Shown in pieces: positions 40,183 to 49,852 of a stretch of 64,000 nt of DNA (position 1 is its first letter; the number at the start of each line of letters is the position of its first letter). The DNA lies in contig CAWBEI010000004.1 in NCBI GenBank assembly GCA_963787835.1, positions 32,001 through 96,000 of the forward strand, in the 5' to 3' direction. Both the position numbers and the translations under genes were made by a program. This DNA comes from Ignavibacteriota bacterium (lineage in GTDB: Bacteria; Bacteroidota; Ignavibacteria; Palsa-1295). The notes beneath the pieces were generated by a model. It searched no databases and was not told the origin of the DNA. It worked only from the letters and a program-made list of their open reading frames with translations.

Positions 40183-41580
40183 TTACCTGCCGCCAGGACG
40201 GCCACCACCACCTGGCCGTGGCTGACTAAGCGGCGACGACGAAGAAGATGTTGGAGCTAAAGAAAATGCTGCGACAATGACGCTATCTCCCGCAATGAGT
40301 TGGGGATTGCTACGCAATACTTCCGCATAATTCGCATCCTGGAGTCCCGTTACCACATGTACGGGCTTGATCTCCGGGCCATTCGGCGAATTAGTCTTAA
40401 CATAGATCGTAGCGAATGACGGCGTGACAGAATCGCGAGGCAGTTCGCTCATAGTGCCAGCGTTATCCGACATATTGCGATGATGGTGCGTGGTATCGCC
40501 GCCAGCTCCCGAATGCTGCCCACGATGCGCTCGGGCAGAATCTCTCACGGCCTGTGGAAGCTGGGCGATAAGATCTGCCGGCGGAACGAAGCGTGTTGCG
40601 CTGACGGGAACACGAAGCACATTCGATCGGCTGGCATTGATAATGTTAACTGTTGCGGTCATGCCAGGTAGCAGCTTCCCTTGGGGGTTATCGGTCCTGA
40701 TGATCACATTGTAGGTAACTACATTAGTGGTTACGGTAGGATTGATCTGAACCTGCCACACTTTACCTTTGAATTTTTCTCCGGGATAACTTTCAACGGT
40801 AAATACCACTTCTTGTGAATCAGCAACCTGACCGATGTCTGCTTCATCCACATCAGCGGCCACCTGCATCTTCGTCAGATCCTGAGCGATCACGTAACAT
40901 ACCGTGACGTTTAGTCCCGCGGCAACGGTCTGCCCGCTATCGACATCGCGCGCCTGCACGACTCCATCGACTGGAGAGCGAATGAAGCAATACCCAAGAT
41001 TCACTTTTGCCTGCTGATATTGTGCGGAATCCACATCGAGTGTAGCTTTCGCATCTTTCAGTGCATTAATGGATGCGTCATAATCGGATTGGGCGACAAG
41101 GTGTTGCGCTAAAAGCTCCCGTTCTCGTGCCTCATTTTGGACGGCCAACAGTAGATCGGATCTGGCTTTGATTACTGTTGCGGCCGCTTGCGTAAGGGAG
41201 GCAACGTAAGGTGCGGTATCCAGCGCGGCAAGGAGCTGTCCCGCTTTTACTTTGGCATTGAAATCCACATAGATCTTTTTAACGAGCCCTGAAACCTGGC
41301 TGCCCACGGATACTGTGGTGGTAGCTTGCAACGTGCCGGTCGCGGTGACGCTGCGTGTAACGCTGCCGGTATCAATGGCTGCGTAGCGAATGATAAGGGG
41401 CGGTGGGGGTGGGGTGCGGATGAAGAAATACCAAAATCCGAAGCCGAGAGCCACCAGGCCGATTACCCAGAATACTGGACCAAGCTTTCGCTTTTTGCGG
41501 CCAAGCGTTACTTTCTTCAACGCTTCCTTCGGCGGAGCGGGTGGTGTTTGAGATGATGAAACAAGATTCGATTCTGCCAT
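40183..41580 (-). CDS. MacA-like periplasmic adaptor (membrane fusion protein)
   Basis: N-terminal TM, VGSQVSG, IRSPVDG, VDEADIG, LLPGMTA. Confidence 0.93.
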   Translation of the reverse strand: MAESNLVSSSQTPPAPPKEALKKVTLGRKKRKLGPVFWVIGLVALGFGFWYFFIRTPPPPPLIIRYAAIDTGSVTRSVTATGTLQATTTVSVGSQVSGLVKKIYVDFNAKVKAGQLLAALDTAPYVASLTQAAATVIKARSDLLLAVQNEARERELLAQHLVAQSDYDASINALKDAKATLDVDSAQYQQAKVNLGYCFIRSPVDGVVQARDVDSGQTVAAGLNVTVCYVIAQDLTKMQVAADVDEADIGQVADSQEVVFTVESYPGEKFKGKVWQVQINPTVTTNVVTYNVIIRTDNPQGKLLPGMTATVNIINASRSNVLRVPVSATRFVPPADLIAQLPQAVRDSARAHRGQHSGAGGDTTHHHRNMSDNAGTMSELPRDSVTPSFATIYVKTNSPNGPEIKPVHVVTGLQDANYAEVLRSNPQLIAGDSVIVAAFSLAPTSSSSSPLSQPRPGGGGRPGGR

Positions 41581-41660
41581 AATAATGATTACGTGGTACT
41601 ATCGAAGACGATTTACGCAGCACATTGCCAAAAGCAACAATTAAGTTTGATAAAAAATAT

Positions 41661-42968
41661 TCACGGACTTCCTGCCGCTGCTCCGAGGTCATCTGCGGCG
41701 GCGTATCCATTACGAACAGCACCTTCGATAGTTGCAGGAAGTCCGTTCTGCACGATATCGCCTGCGAGGAAGAGATTCGGAAGGATTGTCGTTGTTCCCG
41801 GACGCGCTTTCTGTAATGACGGAGTGATAAGCAGTGTAGCCCGCTTTTCCCGAATGATCTGAAAATGCAGAAGCCGAGTCAGCCTTGCAGCAGGAACGGC
41901 GGCACAGAGATCGGTCCAGAGAATATGCTGAATCTCGTCGTTCGAGTGCTCGACAATTCCATACGCTGCACTCACCGTCAGAGCAAGGCGCTGGGCAAAA
42001 CGCAGGGATGGCTTAGGAAATGCCCATTGTAGGGTCGTGCCGAGAAAAGAATGAACTGGAGTAGAAAAAATCTCTCGGTCGAGCCAAAAATACGCATTGA
42101 CGATGGGGGAGTATTCGAATTCCGGAATGGATAACTGAACTTCTGGCGGTAATGGCTCGGAGGATTGACCGCTGTAGATCACTGAATCGAACGCCTCGTC
42201 ACCATGATCGGTCACGATCTTAAAATTATGACCATCCTTTTCAATAGTACGAACTGGAGTAGAGAGTAATATTCTCACCCCATTCTTTTCCAACAATTGA
42301 ATTGCCGGGTCGATCAACAATTCCGAAAGACCAACGGAGGGTATCACAAGATCGCTTGCTTCTTTGCCGGATAAGAATGCTTCCCGCAGTACATTCACAA
42401 AAAGCACGGCGCTTGCTTTCTCGATAGGTGCATTGATCGTTGCCAGCACGACGGGTTCCCAAAACTTCTTTATTAGCCCCGCGGGTTGGTGGAGTTTTTG
42501 TAATAGTGCTTCGCACGCCATGCCTTCCGCATTTTTAGCGGAGGATGCATCGATGGCAAGACCGAGCCACGAAGCGGCGAGTTTTTCGCGCTTGGTTAAC
42601 AACTTCGAACTCCAGAGGCCGCCGAGCAGGTTAACAGGTGGCTTCGATTGCGGCGGTAACTGCAAAATGGCCGGAGATTTTCGGCCTGCCTGATGGTAAT
42701 GAATAAGAAGAGGAGTTCGATACAGATGGTGATGGGAACCAATAGATTTCAGATACTTCAGCGTCGCACGGTAGCAACCCAAGAGCAAATGCTGACCGTT
42801 ATCGAGCATGTCGCCGGTGGTGGGGTCAACATACGAGCGTGTTCTGCCGCCAGCCTCTTTGCGGGCTTCGAAGATCGTGATATTGCGGAACCCGCGTTCC
42901 ACCAGCGCGACCGCTGCCGAGAGTCCACTGACCCCGGCGCCGACAATAGCTATTTTTGTATCTTTCAA
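41661..42968 (-). CDS. hpnE: Hydroxysqualene dehydroxylase HpnE-like FAD oxidoreductase
   Basis: GAGVSGL, GGRTRS, DNGQHLLLGCY, EKRAT, LPATIEGAVRNG. Confidence 0.85.
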   Translation of the reverse strand: MKDTKIAIVGAGVSGLSAAVALVERGFRNITIFEARKEAGGRTRSYVDPTTGDMLDNGQHLLLGCYRATLKYLKSIGSHHHLYRTPLLIHYHQAGRKSPAILQLPPQSKPPVNLLGGLWSSKLLTKREKLAASWLGLAIDASSAKNAEGMACEALLQKLHQPAGLIKKFWEPVVLATINAPIEKASAVLFVNVLREAFLSGKEASDLVIPSVGLSELLIDPAIQLLEKNGVRILLSTPVRTIEKDGHNFKIVTDHGDEAFDSVIYSGQSSEPLPPEVQLSIPEFEYSPIVNAYFWLDREIFSTPVHSFLGTTLQWAFPKPSLRFAQRLALTVSAAYGIVEHSNDEIQHILWTDLCAAVPAARLTRLLHFQIIREKRATLLITPSLQKARPGTTTILPNLFLAGDIVQNGLPATIEGAVRNGYAAADDLGAAAGSP

Positions 42969-42985
42969 TTTCGGTGGAAATTTGT

Positions 42986-43071
42986 ATTGTCATTCCCGCG
43001 AAAGCGGGAATCCAGATCTTGAAAATCTACTAATTCCGAACCTGGATTCCCGCTTTCGCGGGAATGACAAT
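42986..43071. repeat. Inverted REP doublet, family A
   Basis: ATTGTCATTCCCGCGAAAGCGGGAATCCA...TGGATTCCCGCTTTCGCGGGAATGACAAT. Confidence 0.92.
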
Positions 43072-43087
43072 TTAGCTTTTTTTTGAA

Positions 43088-43444
43088 ATGAATCTTCTTA
43101 AGACTAAAAGAATAAAAAAGAAGCCGAGCTTTTACGCGCGCGTTTATGAGATCGTAGAACAAATCCCCGAAGGAAAGGTCACGACCTACGGCGCGATAGC
43201 TGAAGTGCTTGGCATGAAAGGCTCGTCAAGGATGATCGGCCAAGCGCTCAGTGCGCTGCCGGAGGGTTCGGATGTTCCAGCGCAACGCGTAATAAATAGA
43301 ATTGGCGCACTTTCGGCTGCCCACCATTTTGGCGGATACGACAAGCTGCGAGGAATCCTCAAACGCGAGGGCATTACCTTCAAAGGCGAGTTGGTGGATC
43401 TGAAGAAGCATTTCTGGGATCCGAAGAGTTTAGCAGACGCATGA
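43088..43444 (+). CDS. MGMT family / alkyltransferase-like protein
   Basis: IPEGKVTTYGAIA; PAQRVIN in place of the catalytic PCHRV. Confidence 0.88.
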   Translation: MNLLKTKRIKKKPSFYARVYEIVEQIPEGKVTTYGAIAEVLGMKGSSRMIGQALSALPEGSDVPAQRVINRIGALSAAHHFGGYDKLRGILKREGITFKGELVDLKKHFWDPKSLADA

Positions 43445-43986
43445 AACCCGGTACTATCTTTGAGAAGCAATATTTTCGGCGATCGATCGAAGGATATCGT
43501 TCGCCCTATAACGATCCTTTCGAATATCGAACGGTGCAAGAACTCGGTGAAGAAAGAGTGATCGCAATGATGGTTCCATTTATTGATGATATTTCTAATC
43601 CTGATCGAATTGCTCAATCCAGGATAGAATGGAACTCGATGACATGGGACGATGGAGCAAAGTATCGGCCTGAGAACTGGTTAGTAGCATATATAGATGG
43701 TGTGCCAATCGGCGTTGTGTTCCCAACGCGATATGTGGATATGCCGAGTGGAGGTAGTCTTTCAACGATCGGCATCTTTCCGGAACATCAGGGAAAGGGT
43801 TACTCCAAAATTCTCCATGCGAAAGGACTCGAATCGCTTGCGGCAATGGGTTTGAAAGATTATGTTGGCTCTACCGAAGTAACGAATACACGTATGATCG
43901 CTACGGCACTCCTCAATGGTTGCGAACTTACAAAAGTGTATAAAATACAGGTAGATGAATTAGGACGGCATATACCAGTCCTATGA
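43441..43986 (+). CDS. GNAT acetyltransferase
   Basis: IGIFPEHQGKGYS; STEVTNTRM. Confidence 0.8.
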   Translation: MKPGTIFEKQYFRRSIEGYRSPYNDPFEYRTVQELGEERVIAMMVPFIDDISNPDRIAQSRIEWNSMTWDDGAKYRPENWLVAYIDGVPIGVVFPTRYVDMPSGGSLSTIGIFPEHQGKGYSKILHAKGLESLAAMGLKDYVGSTEVTNTRMIATALLNGCELTKVYKIQVDELGRHIPVL

Positions 43987-44045
43987 TTGTCGGAAGCCTT
44001 TATGCCTAAAATGTGTTAACGCGGCTCAAACCCAAATTTTATTAC

Positions 44046-45802
44046 ATGGCGACGAACGTAGTAATGCCCAAAATGGGCGAATCTATAACGGAAGGCACAA
44101 TTCTCCGCTGGCTGAAGAAGGAAGGCGATACCATCCAGAAGGATGAACCCATCCTCGAAATTTCGACCGATAAGGTCGATACCGAAGTACCCTCGCCGGT
44201 GGCTGGCACGCTGCTGAAAATTTTAGCGCAGGAAAAGCAGACAGTGCTCGTCGGCGAACCGATCGCGTCCATTGGCGCGAATGGGGAAGCCGTTGCGGCT
44301 GCTCCAGCAAAGGCTGTCATTGCGAGCGAAGCGAAGCAATCTCAGTCTGCACCACCACAGATTGCTTCGTCGCCTGCTCCGCAGGCTCCTCGCAATGACG
44401 CTAAAAATGCGGCGCCTTTGAATGGACAGGCAGGACAAGGTCTGAAGCTGTTGTGATGCCGAAGATGGGAGAATCCATCGCGGAAGGCACGGTGCTTCGC
44501 TGGCTGAAAAAAGAGGGAGATAAGGTTGAGAAGGATGAGCCAATGCTCGAAATCTCCACAGATAAAGTGGATACCGAAGTTCCGGCGCCTTTTGCCGGTA
44601 CGCTTCTGAAAATTGTTGCTCAGGAAAAAGAAACGGTAGCTGTGGGCGCGACGATTGCTTTTATTTCTGGTGGATCCGGTTTTTCGGCACCGGCAGCTTC
44701 CGCTCCGGTTACTGCAAGTGCTCCACAACAACAGATTGCTTCGTCGCCCTCTTCCGCTCCGCTCCAGAGTGCTCCTCGCAATGACGTTGTTTATCAAAGT
44801 GCACCTGCTGCCAAAGACGATCGTTTCTACTCGCCGCTTGTAAAGAATATTGCGAAGACGGAAGGCATCTCTGTTCAGGAACTTTCGACAATACCAGGCA
44901 GTGGTTTAGGTGGGCGCGTCAATAAGAATGACATGCTGGCGTATGTCGCAGCGCGGAAATCGGGCAAAGTACAGTTCTATCAGCAGCAGGCGGCTCCGTT
45001 GCTGCAATCAACGCCAGCTTTTGCACCATCTGCGCCTCAGCCGATGGCTCCGTCCATCTTTGCGGGGAGTGGTCAGGCGACTACCATTATCCCGATGGAT
45101 AATATCCGGCAGAAGATCGCGGAGCACATGGTGCGTTCCGTGCAAACAAGCCCGCACGTGACAAGCATCAGCGAAGTGGATGTGACGAACATCGTCAATT
45201 ATCAGAAGAAGTATAAAGACACGTTCCAGCAGCAGTATGGCGTAAAGCTTACGCTGACGCCGATCTTTGTCGAGTGCATGATCAAGGCGTTGCGCGAGTT
45301 CCCTTTCATCAATGCTTCGATCGAAGGAACGAATATCGTCGTGCGTAACGACATCAATTTTGGTATAGCTGTCGCGATGCCACAGCAGGAGAATTCACCT
45401 TTGCCTCCTGCGCTTATCGTGCCGGTCATCAAACATGCGGATAGGCTGAGCCTTGCGGGCATTGCTTCTGCCGTTGGCGATCTCGCCAACAAAGCACGAA
45501 CCAAAAAGCTAACACCGGACGATATTTCCGGTGGAACATTCACGCTTACCAACCCCGGCATGTTCGGTAATATACTTTCCACGCCGATCATCAATCAGCC
45601 GAATCTTGCTATCATGTCCACCGGCGCCATTGTTAAGCGCGCCGTCGTAAAAACGGATGGGGAAGGTAACGATTACATCGCGATCCGCTCGATGATGTTC
45701 TTGGGGCTTACTCACGACCATCGCCTGATCGACGGCCTCTATGCCGTTCAGTTTACCGAGCGTGTGAAGCAATACATGGAATCATTCCGAGGGGAGCTTT
45801 AA
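44046..45802 (+). CDS. 2-oxoacid dehydrogenase E2 (dihydrolipoamide acyltransferase) with two lipoyl domains, apparent frameshift near 44441
   Basis: Two STDKVDTE lipoyl domains, E3-binding domain [15 protein letters not shown]. Adding one base at GG^TCTGAAGCTGTTGTGATG fuses the two ORFs. Confidence 0.9.
44316..44399. repeat. Palindromic repeat, family C, in frame inside the E2 linker
   Basis: GTCATTGCGAGCGAAGCGAAGCAATCT...AGATTGCTTCG...CTCGCAATGAC; 84 bp = 28 codons. Degenerate second copy at 44708-44785. Confidence 0.85.
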
Positions 45803-45821
45803 TTCTGTTGATAGCAAGGGG

Positions 45822-46334
45822 CTAGATATTCAACACGAATAGATTCGTGAGAATATCAAGGTTCTTCGCGTTGAAGAACGTGGTTTCCAGTTTCGCACCC
45901 AAATGCTCGGCAACGCGCCGGGAAGCAGTGTGGTCGTGGGCCATTTGAATGATCACTCTGGTGAACCACGATTCCTCTTTAGCCATTTCAACACAACCTT
46001 GTGCAGCTTCTGTCGCATAGCCTTTATTCCAATGGGCTCTGTCGAAAATATAGCCTAAGTCGTTTTCGAGCTTATCATTCACGGAGGTGCGAGCATACCC
46101 GGTGAGCCCAACGAACTCGCCGGTCTCTTTAAGCCGCACCCCGTATCGTCCGAATCCATGCTCCTCGTAACTTTGGATGCTGCGGGCGATCCAATCAGCG
46201 GTTTTTTCCGGCGTAAAAGGAGCATGGTAGAAGCTCATCGTTAGTGCGTCGGATGTTATGAGGTGAAGCAGTCCCACATCATCCGACGTGAACTTAGTCA
46301 GCAAGAGCCTCGGTGTCTCGCGAATGACGTGCAT
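45822..46334 (-). CDS. RimJ/RimL GNAT acetyltransferase
   Basis: ETPRLLL, WNKGYATEAA, ASRRVAE. Confidence 0.9.
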   Translation of the reverse strand: MHVIRETPRLLLTKFTSDDVGLLHLITSDALTMSFYHAPFTPEKTADWIARSIQSYEEHGFGRYGVRLKETGEFVGLTGYARTSVNDKLENDLGYIFDRAHWNKGYATEAAQGCVEMAKEESWFTRVIIQMAHDHTASRRVAEHLGAKLETTFFNAKNLDILTNLFVLNI

Positions 46335-46338
46335 TCGT

Positions 46339-47577
46339 TCAATTCACATTTTCCAGATACGCGACTTCGCCATGCAGGATCATGTTGAGGCCCACGATCT
46401 CGTGTTGTTCTGTCACCTTCACGGGCGTGATCTTATCAATAAGCCAGAGCATTCCATAGGTGAACGCGAACGCCCACACTGAGGATATTAAGATAGCAGC
46501 AAGCTGCTTCCCGAAGAATGATGCATTGCCCAAAAGCAATCCATTGGTGTGGACGCCGGGATTATAGTTTGCATCCGCCAGCACTCCAAGCAGAACGATT
46601 CCCAGCGCTCCACCGACACCGTGAACGCCCCAGACATCGAGTGCGTCATCCCATTTGAGTTTATTCTTGAGCATCACGGCCCAATAGCAGACAAGTCCTG
46701 CGGCGATTCCAATAACACAGGCGGACATTGGTGAAACATACCCAGCAGCAGGTGTGATCGTCGCTAATCCTGCTACCGCACCCGTCAGCAAGCCCAAGAA
46801 TTTCGGTTTGCGAGACGACATCCATTCCATGAACAGCCACGCGATAGCCGCGAAGCTTGCGGCGAGATCGGTATTCAGGAATGCGCTGGCTGTTACGCCA
46901 TCCACGCGGAACTCACTGCCGGCATTGAAGCCATACCATCCGAACCAGAGCAACCCGGTTCCCAACGCGACGAGTGGGATCGAATGCGGCCCGGCATCCG
47001 CTACCCGCCGCTTGCCAACATAGAGCACAGATGCCAATGCTGCCATTCCTGCAATGTTATGCACGACAATGCCGCCGGCGAAATCCAGCACGCCCCATTG
47101 CGCTAATAAGCCACCGCCCCAGACCATGTGAACAAATGGAAAATATACAAAGATGAGCCAAGCCGTCAGGAAAAGAAAATACGCTTTGAACGTCACCCGA
47201 TTTGCGAATGCGCCGGTAATAAGCGCCGGCGTAATGATCGCGAACATCATCTGGTACGCGATGAATACGAGCATCGGGATGGAAGGATTGAGAGGGGATG
47301 GACTCATTAGGTCCACGCCATGCAGGAACGCCATGTCGAGGTTCCCGATGATGCCGCCAACATCGCCGGAAAAGCAGAGCGAGTAGCCGAATGCGAACCA
47401 TAGTACCGTCGTCCAGCCCATGCTGACGAAGGACTGCATCATGATCGCCAGCACATTTTTTCTGCCAACGAGGCCGCCGTAAAAGAACGCAAGCCCGGGC
47501 GTCATGAGCATCACAAGGCTCGAACAAAGAATCATAAATCCGGTATTTCCGGTATCGATCGTCATGGTAGGGTGCAT
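46339..47577 (-). CDS. amt: Ammonium transporter
   Basis: MTPGLAFFYGG, DFAGGIVVH, WFGWYGFNAGS, DDALDVWGVHG. Confidence 0.97.
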   Translation of the reverse strand: MHPTMTIDTGNTGFMILCSSLVMLMTPGLAFFYGGLVGRKNVLAIMMQSFVSMGWTTVLWFAFGYSLCFSGDVGGIIGNLDMAFLHGVDLMSPSPLNPSIPMLVFIAYQMMFAIITPALITGAFANRVTFKAYFLFLTAWLIFVYFPFVHMVWGGGLLAQWGVLDFAGGIVVHNIAGMAALASVLYVGKRRVADAGPHSIPLVALGTGLLWFGWYGFNAGSEFRVDGVTASAFLNTDLAASFAAIAWLFMEWMSSRKPKFLGLLTGAVAGLATITPAAGYVSPMSACVIGIAAGLVCYWAVMLKNKLKWDDALDVWGVHGVGGALGIVLLGVLADANYNPGVHTNGLLLGNASFFGKQLAAILISSVWAFAFTYGMLWLIDKITPVKVTEQHEIVGLNMILHGEVAYLENVN

Positions 47578-47692
47578 ATCAATCTCCTTTTTTATTGGGA
47601 TGAGGACTTAACCTTACAAAAATACTATCTTTTTGGGGTGAATCCACAAATATTATACTTTAATCTGCCAACCCCTTCAATAGCAAGTATTC

Positions 47693-48061
47693 TTACTTTG
47701 GCTTATTATATCCCCGCTCTCCGAACGGCTGCATATCATCAATAACGAATTGTTCCAGAGCAAGGAGCTCGCTTCTCTCATTCGTAGCGGGGTCGTCGGA
47801 GGGTTTTAGCTCGTGCAGGATTTCGAACGTGAAATTCTCTGCGCCGGATTCATTCCAATCTTGTTGGAGCGACTTGTTCGCATGACCGTTCGCATTGAGT
47901 TTGAATTGCTCGCCATTCCAGATAAGGTCGAGATTCGCGGCACGGGCAATGTAACGTTTGCCATTGGTAAGATTGCGAATCGCAAAGATTCCCATTCGTG
48001 GTTTTAATTGCTTATACTCATTCTTCAGTTCTTTGCGTGTTTTCATATTCGGCGTGGTCAC
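47693..48061 (-). CDS. GIY-YIG-like family protein
   Basis: GIFAIRN..NGKRYI...LQQDWNESGAENFTFEIL. Confidence 0.75.
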   Translation of the reverse strand: MTTPNMKTRKELKNEYKQLKPRMGIFAIRNLTNGKRYIARAANLDLIWNGEQFKLNANGHANKSLQQDWNESGAENFTFEILHELKPSDDPATNERSELLALEQFVIDDMQPFGERGYNKPK

Positions 48062-48837
48062 GCAGAAAGCGGGTCTCGTTTCACACGATGTGTGATCGCT
48101 ATAAGTGCGATCATGGCTACTGCTATAACGAGCGAGGAGGCAATCCGGCTCAGATCCAGTCCGCCGATCGCTGCGGGCTTGGTAAGAGTATCGCCAAGCG
48201 TGGCACCGAGCGGACGCGAGAGCACATACGCCGCCCAGAACAAAACCGTCTTGGGGATGCGCGTTGTGAAATGGAGCACTGCAACAACTGCAAGCAATCC
48301 GGCAAAAATTAGTGCGCCATTCTCAAAGCCAATACCGGCAGAGTCCGCAGTGAAATCGCCCAGTGCGGTTCCCAGCGTATTGGAGACGAGGATGGTGATC
48401 CAATAGAAGAACTCATTCTTACGATCGGTCACGTGATCGACCTGTAACTTGCCCGTCGCAAAATGCCAGATGGCAAGGATGATAAGCACGAGTGTGAAGA
48501 GCAGGATGGAGGATAGAATGTAGCCAAGCCCGAGCGTGCGGTCTATGTAATCCGAGGTTGTGGTTCCGACCGTGGTCGTTGCAACCACGACCATCCAGTA
48601 AAAGAACGGATGATAATGCTTCGCTTTGAGCTGGGCTGTTAGCGTAACAGCAAAAAAAGCCAGAAAAATAAGGGTGCTGACGGCATAACCGAGATTCAGC
48701 TCCATCGAAAGCGCATCGCCGCCTGTTTCGCCAAGTGTGGTGGCAAAGATCTTGACGATCCAGAATGCAAGGGTAACTTGTGGAACCTTATTGAGAAGTT
48801 TTCGGGCGGTTGTATTCGTAGGTTGCGAATTCGTCAT
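48058..48837 (-). CDS. COG4705/DUF347 membrane protein
   Basis: KVPQVTLAFW...TTLGETGGD; repeated T/RPLG.T.GD units. Confidence 0.88.
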   Translation of the reverse strand: MTNSQPTNTTARKLLNKVPQVTLAFWIVKIFATTLGETGGDALSMELNLGYAVSTLIFLAFFAVTLTAQLKAKHYHPFFYWMVVVATTTVGTTTSDYIDRTLGLGYILSSILLFTLVLIILAIWHFATGKLQVDHVTDRKNEFFYWITILVSNTLGTALGDFTADSAGIGFENGALIFAGLLAVVAVLHFTTRIPKTVLFWAAYVLSRPLGATLGDTLTKPAAIGGLDLSRIASSLVIAVAMIALIAITHRVKRDPLSA

Positions 48838-48922
48838 TAAACCAAATCAAATTGTGATAATAGTATTATAAAACCGATAGGCCGATAACGATAGTGCCAA
48901 AAGTATCGCTTTTCGAATATTA

Positions 48923-49672
48923 TCACTCTATTAACAACTGCACTCCGGCATACGCAATGTATTCATTGTAGCCTGCCGGAGTAAGGTTTCTTCCGGCGGA
49001 GCCGATGAAATAAAGTGCATCCGTGATCTTCGCTCGAGACCCGATATTTGCAAGGATTTCGGTTGCGATGCCAGTTTCCGAGATGGAGTGAAGTTCTGCC
49101 ATCAGTTCAAATGCGGGTGAAAAATTATATCCAGCAACTATGCCATATTGCCACTGACCCCGGGAGTCTTCGATAAAATCGAATCCGCAATCCACATCGA
49201 GATCAAGATTACCAAAGGAGCGGGATGCCTCGACGGGAAGAAAGAACTGATTACCAACCAAGATCGAGGAAATATTGGTGTAATTAAAACGGTACGAAGG
49301 ATACGTTGATAGATTAAATCCCGAAGAATCTTCATCCAAGAAACGAATTTTTACTCCGGGGCTGATATTCCCCAAGCCTGTTACGGTCGATCTGTTGGGA
49401 GCGCCCACCACAACCCAGGGAATATCCAGCCGGAGTTGAATATGCTCTCCCCAGCCATAATTGATATCCGCGTCCGGTGTTTCGAGGAGATGTTCGGTGG
49501 GAGTATGATCGAGCGTAAAGGCGAAATTATTCTCCCAATGTCCGGGGCCGGGAGTGCCGGGATCATCGGTGATCATTGGCGGGCCGCCTTGCGCGAATAC
49601 GTTAGCGGGATGAATGACAACCCCTGTTTCAAGAATAGCGAATATAAATATCGAGAGATTAATTACCCTCAC
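48923..49672 (-). CDS. Putative outer-membrane beta-barrel protein
   Basis: Signal-like N-terminus, QGGPPMITDDPGTP, alternating strands ending YAGVQL. Start moved to GTG 49672. Confidence 0.7.
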   Translation of the reverse strand: MRVINLSIFIFAILETGVVIHPANVFAQGGPPMITDDPGTPGPGHWENNFAFTLDHTPTEHLLETPDADINYGWGEHIQLRLDIPWVVVGAPNRSTVTGLGNISPGVKIRFLDEDSSGFNLSTYPSYRFNYTNISSILVGNQFFLPVEASRSFGNLDLDVDCGFDFIEDSRGQWQYGIVAGYNFSPAFELMAELHSISETGIATEILANIGSRAKITDALYFIGSAGRNLTPAGYNEYIAYAGVQLLIE

Positions 49673-49704
49673 TATCTGGTGCTTTAAAAAAAGATGCCCC
49701 TTAA

Positions 49705-49842
49705 TAATGTCATCCTGAGCGAAGCAAGACGCAGCGATAGCGGAGTCTTGCGAAGTCGAAGGATCTTTGTCAAACCGCATAAGATCCTTCGACTCCGTTT
49801 ATTCCTCCTTCGTCGGAATAAACTCCGCTCAGGATGACATTA
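49705..49842. repeat. Palindromic repeat, family B
   Basis: TAATGTCATCCTGAGCG...GTCGAAGGATCT / AGATCCTTCGAC...CGCTCAGGATGACATTA. Confidence 0.9.
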
Positions 49843-49852
49843 GTATTACATT

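Noticed and set aside
44013-44456. Stand-alone lipoyl-domain gene separate from E2
   Set aside because: A single added base fuses it to the downstream ORF with a natural [12 protein letters not shown] junction; more likely an indel error.
49673-49780. N-terminal extensions of ORFs 48923..49780 and 14796..15539, and ORFs 17038..17385 and 42965..43162
   Set aside because: They are translations of palindromic repeats (e.g. CHSRESGNP), not supported coding sequence.
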